This document shows positions 58,901-64,000 of a stretch of 64,000 nucleotides of DNA, piece by piece; position 1 is the first letter of the stretch; each line of letters begins with the position of its first letter. The translations under genes were made by a program, and so were the position numbers. The notes under the pieces were generated by a model. That model had not been told where the DNA came from, searched no databases, and saw nothing but the letters and a program-made list of their open reading frames with translations. The stretch covers positions 691-64,690 of the forward strand of contig CASELQ010000002.1 of assembly GCA_949288785.1 (NCBI GenBank). The letters are read 5' to 3'. The stretch is from an uncultured Eubacteriales bacterium (GTDB taxonomy: Bacteria > Bacillota > Clostridia > Christensenellales > Borkfalkiaceae).

Positions 58901-59996
58901 GGCGCCCGGCATGGATGAAAAGGAGCGGCTTTTCGACCTGCTTTCGAGCGGAAAGATAGACTATATAGTGTATACGGGCGCGCTGTTTGACAGGACGGTG
59001 GAGCAGTTCATAACGCTGAGGAGAAAGGCGTTATCTCTCGGGATAGCCTGTTTTACCTCCCTCGATACCGCACTGGCGCTTGCGGATATAATAGGCAGCC
59101 GATTTACTCAGTACAACACGGAGCTTGTAAACTTAAACGCCATGCGAAAAGAGCGGCGCAAAATACCCTTCGTCAAGATGGAGGGGTGCGGCAACGACTA
59201 TATATTTTTCGATAACGTGGGCGGCGAGCTGGAAGGCGCGGAATCGCTGTGCGTGTCGCTTTGCGCGCCGCATTACGGCATAGGCGCTTACGGAATAGTG
59301 CTCATGGAAAAATCGGACTGCGCGGACGTTAAGATGAAACTCTTTAATAAAGACGGTTCGAGCGGCGCCGCGGGCGGCAACGCCATACGCTGCGTGGCAA
59401 AATACGTTTACGACAATAATATGGTTCAAAAGCCGGAAATAACCGTGGAAACGGACGGCGGAATAAGGAAACTGCGGGTGTTCACGCGGGGCGGCAAGGT
59501 AACTTTCGTTTCGGTAAATATGGGGCAGCCCTCTTTCGAAGCGGCTTTGCTCCCCGCCGCCACAAAGGAGAAAACGCTGATAGACTACTCGCTGAAAGCC
59601 GGAAACGGATATTACAGGGTAACCTGCCTTTCTGTGGGCAACCCGCACTGCGTGGTGTTCTGTGAGGACGTGAACGGGCTGAACTTAAAAAAGCTGGGGC
59701 CGCTGTTTGAAAGCAACCCGCTTTTCCCGGACAGGATAAACACGGAATTTGTAAAGATAGTAAACCCCACGACAATGCGCATGCGGGTGTACGAGCGCGG
59801 CAACGGCGAAACCACCGCCTGCGGTTCGGGCGCGTGCGCCGCGGTGGCGGCGGCGGTTAAAAAAGGCCTTATTAAACCCGATACCGAAATAACCGTAAAA
59901 CTGAACGGCGGAGATTTAACAGTGAATTTAACCGAAAACGGCGTGATTTTAACGGGGGATGCAAATATCGTGTTTACCGGGGAGATAGAGGTATAG
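55965..59996 (+). CDS. carB: carbamoyl-phosphate synthase large subunit fused in frame to diaminopimelate epimerase (CarB::DapF, 1343 aa)
   Basis: Residues 1 to ~1064 are a full CarB (GSGPIVIGQAAEFDYAG; GSGPIRIGQGIEFDYS; MGS-like domain). Residues ~1066-1343 (nt 59160..59993) carry DapF motifs (KMEGCGNDYIFFD, GGNAIRC, GNPHCVVF, ERGNGETTACGSGA). There is no stop or frameshift at the junction. Confidence 0.9.
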   Translation: MPRDYSIKKVLVIGSGPIVIGQAAEFDYAGAQACRVLKAEGVNVVLVNSNPATIMTDKEMADEIYLEPLTEETLKRIIEKEKPDSLLAGLGGQTGLTLAMQLSRSGFLKKAGVRLIGSNTEAIDKAEDRELFKKTMQEIGEPVIPSDIAHTVEEALCAARKIGYPVIIRPAFTLGGYGGGVAYSEEQLRSAAAVGLEASPITQILVEKYIYGWKEIEFETMRDGAGNVIAVCSMENVDPVGVHTGDSIVAAPALTLSDKEYQMLRSASLNIITALGIVGGCNCQFALDPESFQYAVIEVNPRVSRSSALASKATGYPIAKTAAKIALGYNLDEIKNEVTGRTCACFEPALDYVVVKFPKWPFDKFAGASRNLGTQMKATGEVMAIGENFESALMRAVRGAEIGMDTLNKEFDKPITEKDLEITDDLRLFRVYAALKAGISVETINKITRIDVFFLYKLKNLADTEARLKTEPLTKELYYAAKKQGYPDGAIEKLSGTKPAYPDKTVFKMVDTCAAEFDAETPYFYPVCGDYCDAARFARSGKPVIMVIGSGPIRIGQGIEFDYSSVHCVFTLKKLGYDVVIVNNNPETVSTDYDTADRLYFSPLCPEDVMSVIRVEKPIGVVVAFGGQTAIKLTAFLDRKGIKILGTSAAGIDLAEDREKFDALLGSHGFRRPQGMSVTDLKQALAAANKLGYPVLLRPSYVIGGQNMQIVHNDEEVTVYMERILKGGIENPVLVDKYMRGPELEVDVISDGQDVLIPGIMQHIERAGVHSGDSIAVYPPYSITDTMVEKIVECSTALALDLGTKGLVNIQYLIYGGELYVIEVNPRASRTVPYISKVTGVEMVDIASRVMLGETLKEMGVSTGLYKIPPYYAVKVPVFSFEKLGDVNSYLGPEMKSTGEVLGIGRTRDEALYKGLVASGLKVRTTAHGEHVGVYLSVDNHDYPEMISLADKLNSLNIKMYATEETAAEIKRLGIRVEKAPGMDEKERLFDLLSSGKIDYIVYTGALFDRTVEQFITLRRKALSLGIACFTSLDTALALADIIGSRFTQYNTELVNLNAMRKERRKIPFVKMEGCGNDYIFFDNVGGELEGAESLCVSLCAPHYGIGAYGIVLMEKSDCADVKMKLFNKDGSSGAAGGNAIRCVAKYVYDNNMVQKPEITVETDGGIRKLRVFTRGGKVTFVSVNMGQPSFEAALLPAATKEKTLIDYSLKAGNGYYRVTCLSVGNPHCVVFCEDVNGLNLKKLGPLFESNPLFPDRINTEFVKIVNPTTMRMRVYERGNGETTACGSGACAAVAAAVKKGLIKPDTEITVKLNGGDLTVNLTENGVILTGDANIVFTGEIEV

Positions 59997-60073
59997 CCGG
60001 TTTATACGAGGGTAAAAGCGCGCAAAAGCTCGCCTGCACGGTTAAACGGAGTTAAAAGAAAGTTTTTGTAAAA

Positions 60074-60104
60074 AGTTTCCGCTTTGCGGCGGGAACTTTT
60101 TTTA
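60074..60104 (+). terminator. rho-independent terminator after carB::dapF
   Basis: AGTTTCCGC-TTTGCG-GCGGGAACT (one G-U pair) runs into TTTTTTT. Confidence 0.7.
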
Positions 60105-60109
60105 TTCGC

Positions 60110-60139
60110 TTGACAAATGCCGCGCGAACACTTTATACT
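60110..60139 (+). promoter_or_regulatory. candidate promoter of the MarR-family gene
   Basis: TTGACA, an 18-nt spacer, then TATACT. Confidence 0.35.
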
Positions 60140-60178
60140 TAAATAAAAGTAATATGTTGCTTTTTCGGGGAGATGCCA

Positions 60179-60613
60179 ATGAGAACGGGAAAAGAAAATT
60201 TTGTGCTGGGCGCCATATCGCTCGTCTCAAACGAACTTAACACCTTCGGGGAGGACTGTCTTGAAGAGATCACCTTCAAGCAATGGTTCCTGCTTATGAT
60301 GATATCCAAGATGGAAAAGGGAGAAAAGAGCGTAAATCTTATAGCGGACTTTACGGGCACATCCCGCCAGAACGTAAAAAAAATGCTTACTCCGCTTGAA
60401 AAAAAGGGGTTTGTTTCAATAACGGGCTCGGAAAACGACGGCAGGGCTTTAAGCGTGGAACTCACCGACAAGACTTATAAATACTTTTTCGATCACGACG
60501 GGAGGATAGCAAAGGCCACCGAGCGGCTTTTTTCCGCCTTTTCGGATGCCGAACTCGATCTTTTCGCCATGTCTTTCAAAAAACTCATAGCCGCCCTCGA
60601 TGAGGAAAAATAA
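60179..60613 (+). CDS. MarR family transcriptional regulator
   Basis: A winged-HTH pattern is present (ITFKQWFLLMMI...IADFTGTSRQNVKKMLTPLEKKGFV). The second ATG (60179) is preferred because GGGGAG lies 6 nt upstream; the first ATG is at 60173. Confidence 0.75.
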   Translation: MRTGKENFVLGAISLVSNELNTFGEDCLEEITFKQWFLLMMISKMEKGEKSVNLIADFTGTSRQNVKKMLTPLEKKGFVSITGSENDGRALSVELTDKTYKYFFDHDGRIAKATERLFSAFSDAELDLFAMSFKKLIAALDEEK

Positions 60614-60656
60614 TATGCAATAAGTTGACTAAAACGTTTTTTTATGCGTTTATACT

Positions 60657-60682
60657 GCGCCCGCACCGAAAGGTGCGGGCGC
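60657..60682. terminator. GC hairpin between convergent MarR (+) and LacI (-) genes
   Basis: GCGCCCGCACC-GAAA-GGTGCGGGCGC. Confidence 0.5.
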
Positions 60683-60769
60683 AAACGTATGGCGGAAAAA
60701 ACAAAAACAAAAACAGTCAGCAGGCAGAAAAACTGTATAAAGCCGCCGGCATTTACGTCTTTAAGGGTT

Positions 60770-61753
60770 TTAATTGCCGGAGATGTTTTTTACCGAGTTT
60801 CTCAGCACAAGAGTGCTTTTAACGGTAACGCTCTGGAACACGTTGAAGGCGCGGTTTTCTATCTTTTTAAATAGAATGGCGGCGGCAATCGAGTTCATCT
60901 TTTCGGTATTGGAGCTTATCGTGGTAAGGGATATGTGCTCGTAAGAGGCGGTCTTTATATCGTCTATCCCTATAACGGACATATCCTCCGGGCACTTTAA
61001 GCCGTGTTTTTCCATGCAGTGAATGGCGCCTATTGCAATATCGTCGTACGCAGCCAAAAGCGCGGTGGGCATATTGCCGCTCTTTATCATGCGTTCCATG
61101 CCGTTATAGCCCGCTTCTTCAAAGCGGGTGCTTTCCACGGCTATGTATTCGGGATAGGTGGAAACGCCCAGCCGTTCGGTCGCCTTGTAAAACAGGCGGA
61201 GTTTGTCTTCCGTGTGCCTGTCGCCGATAAAGCCTATTTTTTTATGCCCGTTGCGGCAGAATTCTCCTATTGCTTCGGCAATGCCGGTGTAAAAATCGGT
61301 ATTCACGGTGTCCGCATACGGGTTTTCGGAAAAGGGGTTTAAGTAGATCATCGGAACGGGGGTGTGCTTTTTCGCCTGAGATCTTCCTTCTATCACTATT
61401 ATTCCGTCCGCCCGCCCGCACGAGTAAAAGGCAGTAAGTTCCTGTTCGGTTTTAAGCGAAAAGCCGGTAAGGGATACCGTAACCGTGGCGTTTTTCTTTT
61501 CAAGCGTGCGGTTGAGGTCGGACACGATAGAGGCGTAATATGCGTCCGCCGTGTCCGGGCATAGTATCGCTATTATCTTTTTGCCGTATTTTATCTTATT
61601 GTATTTATAGTAGCACCCCAGTTCTTCCGCCTTTTTTACGATGGCGGCGCGCGTTTCGCGGCTTACTTCTCTGCTGCCGGAAAAGGCCTTTGACAGGGTG
61701 GAAACGGAGTATCCCGTTATTTTGGAAAGTTCTTTCAGGGTCATTTTAAGCAC
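60770..61753 (-). CDS. LacI family transcriptional regulator
   Basis: An N-terminal HTH (TLKELSKITGYSVSTLSKAFSG) is followed by a periplasmic-binding-protein-like sugar-binding fold. Confidence 0.85.
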   Translation of the reverse strand: MLKMTLKELSKITGYSVSTLSKAFSGSREVSRETRAAIVKKAEELGCYYKYNKIKYGKKIIAILCPDTADAYYASIVSDLNRTLEKKNATVTVSLTGFSLKTEQELTAFYSCGRADGIIVIEGRSQAKKHTPVPMIYLNPFSENPYADTVNTDFYTGIAEAIGEFCRNGHKKIGFIGDRHTEDKLRLFYKATERLGVSTYPEYIAVESTRFEEAGYNGMERMIKSGNMPTALLAAYDDIAIGAIHCMEKHGLKCPEDMSVIGIDDIKTASYEHISLTTISSNTEKMNSIAAAILFKKIENRAFNVFQSVTVKSTLVLRNSVKNISGN

Positions 61754-61847
61754 TCACGCCCTTTTGTAAACAGCGCCGGTTCGCTTTGCCCGCCCGCTTT
61801 TGTATCGGTATATGTATTACGGGACCGGTAGCCGGTATTTTTATTAA

Positions 61848-61876
61848 ATTGTAACATAATTAAGTAAAGTTTGCAA
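61848..61876 (-). promoter_or_regulatory. candidate promoter of the LacI-family gene
   Basis: On the minus strand: TTGCAA (61876..61871), a 17-nt spacer, then TACAAT (61853..61848). Confidence 0.4.
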
Positions 61877-62018
61877 GCCGTTATAAGCGCCGCGCCTGCG
61901 TTTTTTACGAAATTTTTTCGTTGTTTTTTCAAAAATGCGGATTTGCCGCATAGGGACAGCGAGGGGAAGCGGTTTATCCCTCGCGTGCGGAGCGGGATAT
62001 ATCACGGCCGGTAAGGTT

Positions 62019-62088
62019 ATCTGCCTTAACCGTGGATAATATGTTAGCGTGGCGGGACGCAGGCATCTGTCTTAACCGGGGATATATT
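62019..62088. repeat. imperfect 24-bp direct repeat ATCTG(C/T)CTTAACCG(T/G)GGATA(A/T)TAT at 62019..62042 and 62065..62088
   Basis: Read directly; 21 of 24 positions are identical. GGGATATAT also recurs at 61994 and 62078. Confidence 0.75.
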
Positions 62089-62111
62089 TACAAAGCAGGG
62101 TACAGGCATAA

Positions 62112-62137
62112 AAGCGGGCAATCATTTTTGCCCGCTT
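62112..62137 (-). terminator. rho-independent terminator of the ger operon (stop codon of gerxC lies in the loop)
   Basis: On the minus strand: AAGCGGGCAA-AAATGA-TTGCCCGCTT, then TTATGCC. Confidence 0.65.
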
Positions 62138-63405
62138 ACCGTAACCGATACGTGCTCGGTTAAAAACGCCGCGAAATTTTCTTTATACTTTTCAAACTCC
62201 CTGTGATTATGGCGGTAGACCTGCCTTAAAATGTCCAGAAAGTCGCAATCGGTAAGTTTTTCCTGCTGTATAAGGCTTGTTATCCCCTCGGAAATTTTCT
62301 TTTCCGCCGCTTCCGCAACCTCTTTCGGCAGGGGGCTTAAAGAAGAATAGGAAGTGGACGACGTCTCCGCGTTCTTATCGCTTATCTTGCAATAAAGTTT
62401 TAAGTCTATATAGGCGTGCAGTCCGTCATCGCCCGCGGTTACTTTTATTTTCGGTTTGTTCTTTATTACGGTAACAAGCACATTACAGTCTTCGCCTTCA
62501 AAGCTTACGTTTTCAAGTTCTATCGTGGTGCCGGTTATATTGTCTTTTAACGCGTTGAACACCAGCGTTTCAAAAGGGGAGAGCGTGCCCACGGGCAGCC
62601 CGTTTTTGAATAAAACCGTGTTGTTTGCGGTAAACACCGTTTCTTTTTGGGTGCTTTCGCCCGAGCCCGAACCGCCCGCCCCGCTTTCGGAGCCGCCGGC
62701 AGAGCCGCTTTGGCTTTCGCCGCCCGAACTTTCGCCGCCAGAACTTCCGCCGCCCGAACTTTCGCCGCCAGAACTTCCGCCGCCCGAACTTCCGCCGTCC
62801 TCCGCCGTTTTTTTCATGGTGATGAGCGGCATATAGCCGGAGGCGGTTACGTCGTAATACTTCATGCAGAAAGTTTTTATGGCTATGCTTGCAATGTCTG
62901 AATCGAAGCCCGGGTTTTTAAACAGCACCTTTTGCAGTGCGAACGCGGGCGTTTTATCGAGGGACGTGGCGGCGGTAAGGATGTCCTTTGCCTTGTCTTC
63001 GGCAAGCACCGCCATGGCGGAGCCCTGAATCCTTAAAGTCTGCGCAAAATAGTCAAGTACCTTTATGGCGTTTTCTTCCGCAACTTTTTTTCCCAGTATT
63101 ACCATGTTGCAAAACGAAAGATGCGGGTACCAGCCGGTGGAATCGCCTATTTGCTTTATGGCGGCGCCCACCGTAACCCCTTTGCCTTCTATTTCCACGT
63201 GGCGGTTTCCGGTGCCCGCGCCCGCGTCCTCCGGCACGGCTATCTGCGCGGTTACAAGGTATTCGCCGCTTTCGTCGATATCCACCCCCAGCGCGGTTAT
63301 GATAGCCGTTTTTTCTATATCTATAAATGCGAAATCGTTTCCGAAAAACAACAGCGCCGCCGCGAATATCGCAAACAAAAGCGCCTTAATCTTGGTATAG
63401 TTCAT
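62122..63405 (-). CDS. Ger(x)C family spore germination protein with internal Gly/Ser-rich insert, no lipobox Cys
   Basis: A signal-anchor N-terminus is followed by DIEKTAIITALGVDID, typical of the GerAC/GerKC N-domain, and a C-terminal Spore_GerAC-like region. Its position after a GerB-type permease fits. GGAGAAAAG RBS. Confidence 0.75.
   Translation of the reverse strand: MNYTKIKALLFAIFAAALLFFGNDFAFIDIEKTAIITALGVDIDESGEYLVTAQIAVPEDAGAGTGNRHVEIEGKGVTVGAAIKQIGDSTGWYPHLSFCNMVILGKKVAEENAIKVLDYFAQTLRIQGSAMAVLAEDKAKDILTAATSLDKTPAFALQKVLFKNPGFDSDIASIAIKTFCMKYYDVTASGYMPLITMKKTAEDGGSSGGGSSGGESSGGGSSGGESSGGESQSGSAGGSESGAGGSGSGESTQKETVFTANNTVLFKNGLPVGTLSPFETLVFNALKDNITGTTIELENVSFEGEDCNVLVTVIKNKPKIKVTAGDDGLHAYIDLKLYCKISDKNAETSSTSYSSLSPLPKEVAEAAEKKISEGITSLIQQEKLTDCDFLDILRQVYRHNHREFEKYKENFAAFLTEHVSVTVSGQK
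62721..62797. repeat. perfect 30-bp tandem repeat x2 plus partial third copy inside gerxC
   Basis: CGCCCGAACTTTCGCCGCCAGAACTTCCGC occurs at 62721..62750 and 62751..62780, then CGCCCGAACTTCCGCCG. On the minus strand it encodes GGSSGGESSG repeats. Confidence 0.9.
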
Positions 63406-64000
63406 CTGTCTTTTCTCCGTGTTTTTTGGTTAAAACCCCTTTCTTGCGGGCAATAAGGCATATGAAAACGGGCAGCACGTTCGCCATGAGTATAAAAAAA
63501 GCGGCGGCGTATCGGGTTATGAATTTTTCCAGCCCGTAAACATTTCTGTCCAGCAGCAGAACGGCGGCAAAGCAAAGCGCGCACACCGCAAGCGGCAGAA
63601 TTTTAAGGTTTTTTATACGGGTCATGCGGTTTAAGATCTCGCCCGCAAAATACAGGGGCAGTGTAAGGCTTACTATGCCCGAAAACAGCAGCAGAAAGGT
63701 GGCAAGATAATCTATTCTGCCCAGGTTGTTTATCACCGCCGAGTATTTTGATATTTCGTTTATGGCAAACCGCTGGCGGAAGGCGATGGAGGAAAAAGTG
63801 CCGTAAAAAATAACCATGAACAGCACTGCGGCAAGCCCCGCACCCGCGTAAGAAACGAATATCTTAATACCGTCTTTTTTCTTTCGCTCGAATCTGCCCG
63901 TAACGAACAGAAAATACATACAGTCCCCGAACCAAGGCGCGGCGGTATAGGCGCCGCGCAGCACGGGCTCGGCGCCGTTTATGCACACGGGAAGCAGGGC
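63386..64000 (-). CDS. Ger(x)B-type spore germination permease (APC-like), C-terminal ~200 aa; 5' end outside window
   Basis: Multiple hydrophobic TM segments are present. The frame is open to the window edge, and the gene overlaps gerxC by 20 nt, as in ger operons. Confidence 0.65.
   Translation of the reverse strand, partial: ALLPVCINGAEPVLRGAYTAAPWFGDCMYFLFVTGRFERKKKDGIKIFVSYAGAGLAAVLFMVIFYGTFSSIAFRQRFAINEISKYSAVINNLGRIDYLATFLLLFSGIVSLTLPLYFAGEILNRMTRIKNLKILPLAVCALCFAAVLLLDRNVYGLEKFITRYAAAFFILMANVLPVFICLIARKKGVLTKKHGEKTDELYQD

Noticed and set aside
60625-60874. Small + strand ORFs (65 and 76 aa) between the MarR and LacI genes.
   Set aside because: They run through a GC hairpin and into the 3' end of the convergent LacI gene. 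They have no RBS and no recognisable motif.
62456-62901. Plus-strand ORFs encoding Pro/Glu/Leu/Ser repeats (62456..62836) and Ala/Arg repeats (62647..62901).
   Set aside because: They are the antisense or alternate-frame image of the Gly/Ser-coding tandem repeat inside the well-supported minus-strand gerxC gene.

Overview
This 64-kb chromosomal segment looks like a moderately GC-rich, spore-forming Firmicute (Clostridia-like). All calls rest on motif recognition in the supplied ORF translations and on reading the DNA; no database search was possible. The window is almost entirely co-oriented (+ strand) housekeeping and anabolic operons. In order they are: purL (3' part)-fhs-guaB; a pyrimidine cluster pyrC-carB-pyrK-pyrD-pyrF-pyrE plus a detached pyrB; an ABC-F ATPase; a GH78-like hydrolase and a SIS-domain protein; pdxK and an SDR on the minus strand; pcrA-ligA; yicC-gmk-rpoZ-priA-def-fmt-rsmB-rlmN-rpe; a Fur-family (PerR-like) regulator with reverse rubrerythrin; a GH109-like Gfo/Idh/MocA oxidoreductase; ilvB-ilvN-ilvC and ilvD; a DUF815-type ATPase; a small AT-rich XRE/PH-domain cassette; a complete arginine cluster argG-argH-argC-argJ-argB-argD-argF followed by carA-carB; MarR and LacI regulators; and the 3' end of a ger(x)B-ger(x)C spore germinant receptor operon on the minus strand. 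I found no rRNA, tRNA, CRISPR array, transposase or integrase. The most unusual observations are domain architectures. First, the arginine-cluster CarB is fused in frame to a complete diaminopimelate epimerase (1343 aa). Second, PyrB carries a C-terminal PyrI-type zinc domain but there is no PyrI allosteric domain or pyrI gene. Third, the pyrimidine-cluster carB has no adjacent carA. Fourth, the GerxC homologue lacks the lipobox cysteine and carries a Gly/Ser-rich insert encoded by a perfect 30-bp tandem repeat. There are also several ORF-free, repeat-bearing or AT-rich intergenic islands (34.8-35.6 kb, 38.1-38.7 kb, 61.9-62.1 kb) and recognisable ARG-box, Fur-box and XRE-operator-like sites.
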